DNA from: an uncultured Clostridia bacterium
GTDB lineage: Bacteria; Bacillota; Clostridia; Christensenellales; Aristaeellaceae
Direction of reading: 5' to 3'
NCBI GenBank assembly: GCA_937907055.1
Contig: CALCTW010000072.1
Span: 1-20,889 of the forward strand
Length of the DNA stretch: 20,889 nt
Below are positions 14,364 through 20,889 of the stretch, piece after piece; position 1 is the first letter of the stretch; every line of letters starts with the position of its first letter. Both the position numbers and the translations under genes were made by a program. The notes beneath the pieces were generated by a model. The model worked only from the letters and a program-made list of their open reading frames with translations. It was not told the DNA's origin and made no database searches.

Positions 14364-16067
14364 TCAGTTTTTATCATCCTGCGCGGCGAGGATCGCTTCG
14401 GCACGGGTGAAGGCGGCATCGATATTGGGGCAGAAGTTTTCCGCGCCCACTTCCTCACGGAAGCCGTACTTGACCATGGTCAGCATGGGCTGCTCGTTTA
14501 CGTGAGAGAGCACCAGCGTGATCCCGGCCTTCTTGCACTGCTCCTGCAGGTTCTGCAGCGCGATCATGGCGGTCACATCCAGCGAGGGCACGGCGCGCAT
14601 ACGCAGGATCAGCACCTTGGTCACATCACGGGTGGTGATCTGGTTCAGTCTGTCGGAAACGCCGAAGAACAGCGGGCCGCTGATCTCATACACGCGCACA
14701 GCCTGCGGCACGTCGCGCAGCTCCTTGCCGTTTTCATCGGTCTTTTCGTCATAGTGCCAGTTCTTTACGCTGAATTCGCTGGTCAGATGCTTCACCAGCA
14801 GCACCAGCGCGGCCACCAGGCCCACCTCGATGGCGACCACCAGGTCAAATACCACCGTCAGGATGAAGGTGATCACCAGCACCAGAATATCGGCCAGAGG
14901 AGCCTTCTTTACGATCCTGACCACGGTACGCCAGCCGCTCATGTTATAGGCCACCTGGAACAGGATGGCGGCAATGACCGGCATGGGGATCATGGCAGCA
15001 TAGGGGATGAGCAGCAGCAGCACCAGCACCAGCACCAGCGCGTGCACGATACCGGCAATGGGGGTGCGGCCGCCGTTCTTGATGTTGGCCGCGGTACGGG
15101 CGATGGCGCCGGTGGCGGGGATACCGCCGAACAGCGCGCTGCCCATGTTGCCGATACCCTGCGCGATCAGCTCCTGATTGGGGTTGTGCTTGGCGCCGAT
15201 CATGCCGTCAGCCACCACGCAGCTCAGCAGGCTCTCAATGGCCGCCAGCACCGCGATGGTCAGACCGTCGCTGAACTCGGCGCTGATCATATCAAAGGAC
15301 AGGGCAGGGAAGTGGAAGGCGGGCAGACCGGGCTCAATGGTGTACAGGTCGCCGATCGTCTTGACAGGCAGACCGGCCAGCTTGACCACCAGAATACCGG
15401 CCACGACCGCGATCAGGGAGCCCGGGATCGGGATCTTCTTGCAGATCTTCGGCCAGAAAATGAGGATCAGCAGCGCGAACACGCCCACCGCGACAGCCCA
15501 CAGATTGATGGAGCCGATGTTTTTAAAGAAGACCACCAGCTTTTCCACGGTCTCCACAGGCTTTTCGGCATAGGTGACACCGAAGAAATCCTTAAACTGA
15601 CCGATCAGGATGGTCACGGCGATACCGGCGGTGAAACCGGTGGTGATCGTGAACGGGATGAACTTGATCAGCGAACCCACGCGGCAGAGGCCCATAATGA
15701 TCAGCAGCACACCGGCGATGATGGTGGCAATGATCAGACCGTTCATGCCGTTCCGGGCGATGATCCCGGCTACGATGGTGGCAAACGCGGCGGTCGGACC
15801 GGCGATCTGCACCTTGCTGCCGCCGAAGAAGGCAATCAGGAAGCCCGCGACGATGGCAGTGTAGATACCCTCCTGCGGGCCCACACCGCTGGCCAGCGCC
15901 AGCGCGATGGAAAGCGGCAGCGCGATGATCGCGACGATGATGCCGCTGATGATGTCCCGGGAGAGCTGCTTGCCGTTATAGCCCTTCATGCTCAGGAACA
16001 GCTCCGGAATCAGGGGCTGCTTCTTCTCACCGGAAGTCTTGGTCTTTTTCTTGTTCAGGATGCTCAT
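14364..16067 (-). CDS. SulP-family inorganic anion (sulfate/bicarbonate-type) transporter with a C-terminal STAS domain
   Basis: The long ORF has many TM segments and SulP-like sequence (GIIVAIIALPLSIALALASG, GGSKVQIAGPTAAFA). The STAS-like C-terminus is VRVYEISGPLFFGVSDRL...VLILRMRAVPSLDVTAMIALQNL. I chose the start ATG at 16067-16065 (MSILNKKK...) because a GAGGGG RBS precedes it. The ORF track start at 16154 has none. The stop is TGA. Confidence 0.9.
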   Translation of the reverse strand: MSILNKKKTKTSGEKKQPLIPELFLSMKGYNGKQLSRDIISGIIVAIIALPLSIALALASGVGPQEGIYTAIVAGFLIAFFGGSKVQIAGPTAAFATIVAGIIARNGMNGLIIATIIAGVLLIIMGLCRVGSLIKFIPFTITTGFTAGIAVTILIGQFKDFFGVTYAEKPVETVEKLVVFFKNIGSINLWAVAVGVFALLILIFWPKICKKIPIPGSLIAVVAGILVVKLAGLPVKTIGDLYTIEPGLPAFHFPALSFDMISAEFSDGLTIAVLAAIESLLSCVVADGMIGAKHNPNQELIAQGIGNMGSALFGGIPATGAIARTAANIKNGGRTPIAGIVHALVLVLVLLLLIPYAAMIPMPVIAAILFQVAYNMSGWRTVVRIVKKAPLADILVLVITFILTVVFDLVVAIEVGLVAALVLLVKHLTSEFSVKNWHYDEKTDENGKELRDVPQAVRVYEISGPLFFGVSDRLNQITTRDVTKVLILRMRAVPSLDVTAMIALQNLQEQCKKAGITLVLSHVNEQPMLTMVKYGFREEVGAENFCPNIDAAFTRAEAILAAQDDKN

Positions 16068-16125
16068 GGTGTACCCCTCAGTGTATACACGATTCACGCG
16101 CGTACGCACGCGCGCGGCGTCCGTT

Positions 16126-16154
16126 ATTATAGCACCAAGCTTTCCCTCAAACAA
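16126..16154 (-). promoter_or_regulatory. candidate extended -10 promoter for the SulP gene
   Basis: The minus strand reads TTGTTT, a 17-nt spacer, then TGcTATAAT (TATAAT = 16131-16126). Confidence 0.45.
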
Positions 16155-16664
16155 TCACACAATTCTGGTCATTTTTTCGCCATATCCGTGGTTCTCCGGG
16201 CGCGTTTTCCTGCCGGGATCCTGATCCCTTTTCGTCGCGTCGGTTGCTTCAGCGTATCCCGGATCGCGCGTCATGCAGCGTTGCTCTGATCAGCGGCGGT
16301 TTGAGGATAGGAATGATCCTTTCAATCGATTCCGTGCCGCCGCAGACCTTGACCTTATTCTGATGATGATAAACGGAGTATCCCGGTACCGCGTGAGATC
16401 GCACATCGTCATCGGCACGTCCTTGCCCGCGCGTTGCTCCCGGTGAAGATCTTTTCATCCGGCCGCGGATCGCTTTACCCGGAAGCATCTGTTCTTCACG
16501 ATCATGGGGGAGGTCTCGTGCTCCCCATTCCGTTCACCTCCGTTTACCCACCTCCCAGATCCATGCTGTATACCGCGGCCGATTGATCCGGCTGTTTTCT
16601 GTGATCCTGTATGCGCTTTTTCCCGGATTTTCAGGGCTTTTGCGTGCTGATAAATGAACTCTTC

Positions 16665-16723
16665 AAAAAAATCAAAAAAATTTCAAAAAAAGTGTTGACA
16701 AAAGAGGCATGATAATGTATTAT
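16665..16723 (+). promoter_or_regulatory. strong promoter with an A-rich UP-like element for the tRNA cluster
   Basis: The A-tracts CAAAAAAATCAAAAAAATTTCAAAAAAA are followed by TTGACA (16695-16700), a 17-nt spacer, then TATTAT (16718-16723) preceded by TG. tRNA-fMet starts about 30 nt downstream. Confidence 0.7.
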
Positions 16724-16754
16724 CTATCTTGAGCCGCGGAAGTGGCAACGATGA

Positions 16755-16831
<77 letters not shown>

Positions 16832-16834
16832 TAT

Positions 16835-16911
16835 GGCTCCGTAGCTCAGCTGGCTAGAGCATTCGGTTCATACCCGGAGTGTCATCTGTTCGAATCAGAT
16901 CGGAGCCACCA
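16835..16911 (+). tRNA. elongator tRNA-Met (anticodon CAU), CCA encoded; lysidine-modified tRNA-Ile2 not formally excluded
   Basis: The cloverleaf has acceptor GGCTCCG/CGGAGCC, D-arm GCTC-AGCTGGCTA-GAGC, anticodon stem TTCGG/CCGGA with loop TTCATAC, and T-arm ATCTG-TTCGAAT-CAGAT. Confidence 0.85.
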
Positions 16912-16914
16912 TTT

Positions 16915-16987
16915 GGGGCATTAGCGCAGTTGGTAGCGCACAACACTGGCAGTGTTGGGGTCAGGAGTTCGAATCTCCTATGCTCCA
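16915..16987 (+). tRNA. tRNA-Ala (anticodon GGC), no encoded CCA
   Basis: The cloverleaf has acceptor GGGGCAT/ATGCTCC containing the G3:U70 alanine identity pair. The anticodon stem is CAACA/TGTTG with loop CTGGCAG, and the T-arm is AGGAG-TTCGAAT-CTCCT. The discriminator A is followed by TAA. Confidence 0.92.
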
Positions 16988-16992
16988 TAAGC

Positions 16993-17042
16993 AAAGAAAT
17001 CCGAACTTTATCCCAAGCGGGAATAAGTTCGGATTTCTTTTA
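16993..17042 (+). terminator. rho-independent terminator of the tRNA operon
   Basis: A 16-bp stem AAAGAAATCCGAACTT (16994-17009) / AAGTTCGGATTTCTTT (17026-17041) runs into a T-run. Confidence 0.85.
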
Positions 17043-17118
17043 CTCGAAAAAAACGGTACGCTTTTCATTGAGCCTTTTCGTAACCGCAAAAAACTGGACC
17101 GTTTAAAGGAGAAACAGC

Positions 17119-17898
17119 GTGAGGACGAAATACCCTATCGTGCTTGTGCATGGACTTGGCATGAAAAGCCTGCCTTTTCTGCGCGCTTTCGGCCGTATTG
17201 ACCGCATACTGCGAATCCAAGGATATACGGTTTATGTGAGCCGCATTGACGCTATGGGCTCTGTCGAAACGAACGCACAGAAGTTAAAAGAAGAGATTGA
17301 TTCCATCCTTCTTGAAACCGGCTCCAAAAAAGTCAACATCATCGCTCATTCCAAGGGCGGACTTGACGCGAAGTATATGATGAGCGCGCTTGGAATGATG
17401 GAGCATGTCGCATCCTTTACCACGCTTTGTACGCCTCATGCCGGTTCTCCCATCGCTTCGTTCGTACTTCGCTTTCCAGACATACTGCTTCGTTACGCAG
17501 CTTTCTGGGTCAACTTCGCCTATCGTATTTTAGGCGACAAGCATCCCGACTGCTTGGCAGCGTGCCGTCAGCTTCGCCGGGTTTCGGGCAATGAAAAAAC
17601 GGAATTGCAGGGCGTGTTTTGCCAAAGCTTCTCTTCTGCCATTTCTGAGAAGGAGAAGCATTTTGACTTCGTGATGGGAATTCCCGCGTTTTTGTCACGC
17701 ATGATTGAGAAGAATTCTCTTACGGACGGACTCGTTCCGCGCGATTCCGCCGTCTTCGGGCAATACCGTGGCGATTGTATCGACGGTTCGGTCAGTCATA
17801 CGGAAATCATCGACTTCATGGTGCGCGACAAATACCGGGATCGCGTATTTACATTTTATTCCACTCTCTGCGAAGAACTGTCAAAGATGGGATATTAG
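17119..17898 (+). CDS. alpha/beta-hydrolase, lipase/esterase-like (GxSxG-type nucleophile elbow AHSKGG)
   Basis: An AAGGAG RBS precedes GTG 17119. The N-terminus YPIVLVHGLGMKS (oxyanion-hole type) and IIAHSKGGLDAKY are typical of small bacterial lipases. The ORF ends at TAG 17896-17898. Here TAG looks like a genuine stop (see findings). Confidence 0.75.
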   Translation: MRTKYPIVLVHGLGMKSLPFLRAFGRIDRILRIQGYTVYVSRIDAMGSVETNAQKLKEEIDSILLETGSKKVNIIAHSKGGLDAKYMMSALGMMEHVASFTTLCTPHAGSPIASFVLRFPDILLRYAAFWVNFAYRILGDKHPDCLAACRQLRRVSGNEKTELQGVFCQSFSSAISEKEKHFDFVMGIPAFLSRMIEKNSLTDGLVPRDSAVFGQYRGDCIDGSVSHTEIIDFMVRDKYRDRVFTFYSTLCEELSKMGY

Positions 17899-17975
17899 GC
17901 GTTTAAGCGCTGCTGTCGTTCTCATGAGCGAGAGCTTGACATACAAATGAGCTTTCTCAAGAATCGTAATTGTCC

Positions 17976-18689
17976 TTATTCCGTCTCCGCCATCCGGTAG
18001 CCCACGCCGACTTCCGTAAAAATATACATCGGTTCGTCCGAATTAGGCTCAATTTTCCGGCGGATATTCGCCATGTGTACGCGCAGTATTTTGTTGTCGC
18101 TGCTGGCATACGGACCCCAGAGCTCACGCATGATAAATTTATAGGTGAGAACTTTTCCAGCGTGCTCGCCGAGCAGCGCGACAATTTTGTATTCGTTCGG
18201 CGTCAGATTGACATCTTTGCCGCTGACGAACACACGGTGCTTCCGATAGTCAATTTCCATGTCGCCCACCTTGTACACACCCTGAAGCGCCACCGTGTCG
18301 TTTTCCATGGACGTGCGCGTATGGCGCAGTGCCGCGCGGATGCGCGCAAGCATTTCAATGGTACCGAAAGGCTTTGTAAGATAATCGTCCGCGCCCAAGT
18401 CCAGCGCTTTCGCTTTATCCTCCTCCATCGAACGCGCGGATATGACGATGATGGGCGTTTTCGTCCATTTCCGAACGCTTTGGATAATCTCGTTCCCATC
18501 CATGTCGGGCAAGCCAAGATCCAGAAGAATACAGTCCGGACAATGCGATGATATCATTTGAAGCGCCTTTTCGCCCGCGTCGGTAACGACCACGTCAAAA
18601 CGATTGGCGACAAGCATCGCTTTCAGGAATTTTGCAATTCCAGCGTCATCCTCCACAATCAATACCTTCAAAGGACATTCAGCCATCAT
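17976..18689 (-). CDS. OmpR/PhoB-family response regulator, KdpE-like
   Basis: The receiver domain is KVLIVEDDAGIAKFL...ILLDLGLPDMDG...PIIVISARSMEEDKAKALDLGADDYLTKPF. The winged-helix output is LTPNEYKIVALLGEHAGKVLTYKFIMRELWGP...LRVHMANIRRKIE. The start ATG(ATG) at 18689/18686 overlaps the kinase stop. The ORF-track N-terminal extension to 18779 was rejected. The stop is TAA. Confidence 0.88.
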   Translation of the reverse strand: MMAECPLKVLIVEDDAGIAKFLKAMLVANRFDVVVTDAGEKALQMISSHCPDCILLDLGLPDMDGNEIIQSVRKWTKTPIIVISARSMEEDKAKALDLGADDYLTKPFGTIEMLARIRAALRHTRTSMENDTVALQGVYKVGDMEIDYRKHRVFVSGKDVNLTPNEYKIVALLGEHAGKVLTYKFIMRELWGPYASSDNKILRVHMANIRRKIEPNSDEPMYIFTEVGVGYRMAETE

Positions 18690-19731
18690 ATTCCTCCTCG
18701 TGCGGCAGCCAGAAACGGATGATTCCCCCGCCCCGCTCGCGGTTGCCGGCGGTAATCTCTCCACCATGCGCGCGGACAATCGACCGGCATACGCTTAAGC
18801 CTATTCCCATATTGCGTTTTCCGTCCGCGGTAACGGGCGATCTCGCTGCGTTCATTTCAAAGATATGCGATAGCCGCGCTTCGTCAAATCCCGCGCCGTT
18901 GTCCTCGATGGAAACGCACACCCGCCCCGTCTCCACGGAAACATACACGTCGATATCCGTGGCGCTTTTTCCGTGATCCGCTACATTCTCAAACAGATTT
19001 ACAAGTAACTGCTCGATCAGCACGCCGTCCATTTCGACCAGTAAAATCCGTTCGGGGCGGTGTACGTTCACCCGGATATCCGCGCAATTTTTCTTGAATT
19101 TCAATATCGCGCTGCCGATGATTTCCTCCAACACCTCGGCTTCCTTCTTGATATGCACTTCACCGCCGGAAAATTTGGTAATGGAGAGCAGGTTTTCCAT
19201 AACCCGGATCAGCCATTTCGCATCCTTTTGGATTTCGCGTATCAGATCGTCCCGGTTTTCCTTTTCCATGTCCTGATTCTCAATCAGAGCGGAGCTTGCG
19301 CCAAGAATGGACGAAAGGGGCGTTCTTAAATCATGCGAAATAGATCGAAGCAGATTTCCGCGCATTTTCTCCGCGTCAATTTCGTATTTTAGCTGCTCCT
19401 GCCGCTTGATCTGCGAAGTAAGCGCGCTGATGATGAAGGAAACCAGCAGCATGGATACAAAGCTCAGCGGATATCCGCTGATGGAAAAATCGAACTCCAG
19501 AAACGGATAGGTAAATAAGAAATTTACGCAGAATACCGATATCAACGAAGCGACAATTCCATAAACAAAACCATTCGTGAAACGGGCGATCAACGCGACC
19601 GCCAGAATAAAAACAGGCGTGGCAAACGGGTTGTTGTCGTTATTTACTTTAGCCAATAATACGCAAAGAAGGACTGCGCACAACAGAATGAAAAAAGAAA
19701 CAAGAACGCTTTTCAATTTCTGATTCTTCAT
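18679..19731 (-). CDS. sensor histidine kinase resembling the C-terminal half of KdpD (membrane DUF4118-like domain + HisKA + HATPase_c)
   Basis: There are four hydrophobic segments at the N-terminus, the H-box LLRSISHDLRTPLSSILG, the N-box LLVNLFENVADHG and the G-boxes IEDNGAGF / GIGLSVCRSIVRAHGG. The KdpD N-terminal sensor (Usp/KdpD-N) domains are absent, and no kdpABC genes are in the window. The stop is TGA. Confidence 0.85.
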   Translation of the reverse strand: MKNQKLKSVLVSFFILLCAVLLCVLLAKVNNDNNPFATPVFILAVALIARFTNGFVYGIVASLISVFCVNFLFTYPFLEFDFSISGYPLSFVSMLLVSFIISALTSQIKRQEQLKYEIDAEKMRGNLLRSISHDLRTPLSSILGASSALIENQDMEKENRDDLIREIQKDAKWLIRVMENLLSITKFSGGEVHIKKEAEVLEEIIGSAILKFKKNCADIRVNVHRPERILLVEMDGVLIEQLLVNLFENVADHGKSATDIDVYVSVETGRVCVSIEDNGAGFDEARLSHIFEMNAARSPVTADGKRNMGIGLSVCRSIVRAHGGEITAGNRERGGGIIRFWLPHEEEYDG

Positions 19732-19876
19732 TTCTTTCTTCCCTTCCCTATTCTTTGACAGAATTATTATAGCACAAATCTGAAACGATGTTCATTTCCT
19801 GCCGATTCTTTCCGAAAAATTGGCGGCATTTGACAGTATAATACGTATATTCATAGTTTTAGGAGGAAAGTTACAT

Positions 19877-20020
19877 ATGCACTCTGAAAAATACATAAGC
19901 GCCAAGAAAGAATTCTGGAACTGCATTCGGATGAGCATTTTCGGGATTGGCGTTCCCATCGTGATTGCGTTCAAAGAATGGCTTCCCATCATGCGCGCTG
20001 AAAAAGCGAAAGAAAAATAA
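19877..20020 (+). CDS. hypothetical 47-aa small membrane protein
   Basis: An AGGAGG RBS lies 10 nt before ATG 19877. There is one hydrophobic segment (MSIFGIGVPIVIAF) and a Lys-rich tail. The stop is TAA and a terminator follows. No homology is recognisable by eye. Confidence 0.45.
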   Translation: MHSEKYISAKKEFWNCIRMSIFGIGVPIVIAFKEWLPIMRAEKAKEK

Positions 20021-20039
20021 GCTGTTGCTTCTAGAAGCT

Positions 20040-20070
20040 GCCGTCTTCCTTGCGAAGCCGGCGTTTTTTT
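20040..20070 (+). terminator. rho-independent terminator
   Basis: An interrupted stem GCCG-t-CTTC (20040-20048) / GAAG-c-CGGC (20054-20062) is followed by GTTTTTTT. Confidence 0.6.
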
Positions 20071-20091
20071 CTGTCAAATTACAGAAATATC

Positions 20092-20131
20092 CGAACAGAC
20101 GTTTGCGAAATGAGAAGGTTTATGATATAAT
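20092..20131 (+). promoter_or_regulatory. LexA (Cheo-type) box overlapping a sigma-A promoter
   Basis: CGAACAGACGTTTG (20092-20105) fits the Firmicute consensus CGAAC-RNRY-GTTYG. It overlaps the -35 TTGCGA (20103-20108), followed by a 17-nt spacer and TATAAT (20126-20131). Confidence 0.7.
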
Positions 20132-20269
20132 GATTAGGCAACCGGCGCGAAGCGCGGTTGGCCGGGGCGCCGGAGGACCAAAGGGACTACGGCGACAATC
20201 ATGACATAATGATTAGGCAAGCCGAAGGCCTGGCCGGCTCACGGACTCCAAAGGAGGCCGTGACAATCA
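20130..20269 (+). ncRNA. two tandem copies of an unclassified structured leader element (candidate cis-regulatory RNA) upstream of lexA
   Basis: Copy 1 is 20130-20202 and copy 2 is 20209-20269. Both start ATGATTAGGCAA and end GACAATCA, so ATGATT pairs with AATCA(T). Each has an internal GAA-loop hairpin, a shared GGCCGG and a CCAAAGG loop. The third helix covaries: CGCCG/CGGCG in copy 1 and CACGG/CCGTG in copy 2. A partial third copy lies at 20272-20300. Confidence 0.4.
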
Positions 20270-20370
20270 CAATATAATGGAAGCCCAGTTGGCCGGGTCG
20301 CTAAAAACTTGAAATGGCTTCATCGACCATCATGACATACTCAAATAACAGAAATTTGGAGGAATACGTC

Positions 20371-20889
20371 GTGCGGGACGGAACCGAAAAGAAACTACAA
20401 ATTCTCGAATTCATTCGGGAAGAAATCGAAGCGAAGGGGTATCCGCCTTCGGTGCGCGAAATCTGCGCGGCAGTCGGACTCAAATCCACCTCAACCGTAC
20501 ACGCGCACTTGAACCGTCTGGAAGACGAAGGCTACATCCGGCGCGACGCCTCCAAACCGCGCGCTATGGAGATTACCGACGCTCCTTTGGCAAAGGGGCG
20601 CAGCGTCCCTCTGGTCGGCCGAGTGACAGCGGGCGTTCCGATTCTCGCTCAACAGAATATCGAAGAATACTTCATGCTGCCCCAGAACGTAATTGGTCGG
20701 GACGAGTCCTTTATTCTCGCCGTGGAAGGCGACAGCATGATTGAAGCCGGAATTCTGAACGGCGATTATGTGGTGGTTCGCCGTCAAAATAACGCCGAGA
20801 ACGGCGATATTGTCGTTGCCATGTTAGGCGACGAAGCGACAGTCAAGACATTTTATAAAGAAAACGGTCATTTCCGTCTCCAGCCCGAA
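20371..20889 (+). CDS. lexA: LexA repressor (3' end outside the window)
   Basis: A GGAGG RBS lies 8 nt before GTG 20371. The winged-helix part is [51 protein letters not shown]. The cleavage/S24 peptidase region is [22 protein letters not shown]...[21 protein letters not shown]. Confidence 0.93.
   Translation, partial: MRDGTEKKLQILEFIREEIEAKGYPPSVREICAAVGLKSTSTVHAHLNRLEDEGYIRRDASKPRAMEITDAPLAKGRSVPLVGRVTAGVPILAQQNIEEYFMLPQNVIGRDESFILAVEGDSMIEAGILNGDYVVVRRQNNAENGDIVVAMLGDEATVKTFYKENGHFRLQPE

Noticed and set aside
14316-16289. Very long plus-strand ORF (657 aa) in the ORF track.
   Set aside because: It lies exactly antisense to the SulP transporter gene. Its translation is low-complexity (runs of H, D, G, Q, R) with no recognisable domain. 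This is a typical shadow ORF of a GC-rich gene.
16249-16488. 79-aa minus-strand ORF in the sulP-tRNA spacer.
   Set aside because: It has no RBS, an Arg/Gly-rich translation with no motif I recognise, and a TGA stop with no sign of a longer gene around it. It is treated as non-coding or decayed DNA (see the spacer finding).
17970-18551. 193-aa plus-strand ORF.
   Set aside because: It is antisense to the KdpE-like response regulator, which has unmistakable receiver and winged-helix motifs.
20130-20316. Three tandem mini-ORFs in the lexA leader ([57 protein letters not shown]), considered as possible SOS-induced peptides or type I toxins.
   Set aside because: None has an RBS, because each ATG is embedded in the ATAATG repeat start. 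The peptides are not hydrophobic like type I toxins. The differences between copies preserve base pairing rather than amino-acid sequence. An RNA-level explanation fits better, but coding is not strictly excluded.

Overview
The gene content suggests a Clostridia-like chromosomal segment (PPDK, BlaI/BlaR1, VanW, SH3b proteins, DUF4367-type anti-sigma, Cheo-type LexA box); this taxonomic guess is inference. Left to right: the 3' end of ppdK; a YkuD-type L,D-transpeptidase; a blaI / blaR1(M56)-like pair; three large secreted SH3b-repeat proteins, with a small sigma-70/ECF-like factor encoded between the second and third; a VanW protein; a ~3.5 kb low-GC islet (about 10.74-14.30 kb) holding a sigma/anti-sigma pair and three small secreted proteins; a SulP/STAS anion transporter; a tRNA-fMet / tRNA-Met / tRNA-Ala cluster; a lipase-like alpha/beta hydrolase; a KdpD-C-terminal-like histidine kinase with a KdpE-like regulator; a small membrane peptide; and the 5' part of lexA. 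lexA sits behind a LexA-box promoter and an unusual tandemly duplicated, apparently structured leader. The strongest signal is that at least eight TAG codons lie inside otherwise intact reading frames of five genes, and a ninth TAG is followed by a short in-frame extension. These frames contain no internal TAA or TGA and no frameshifts. Reading through TAG restores coherent proteins (signal peptide plus catalytic or SH3b domains, or sigma region 2 plus region 4). This suggests amber is decoded as a sense codon here, by reassignment, pyrrolysine-like insertion or strong suppression. One TAG to the right of the tRNA cluster looks like a genuine stop and conflicts with full reassignment. I saw no CRISPR array, transposase, integrase or rRNA.
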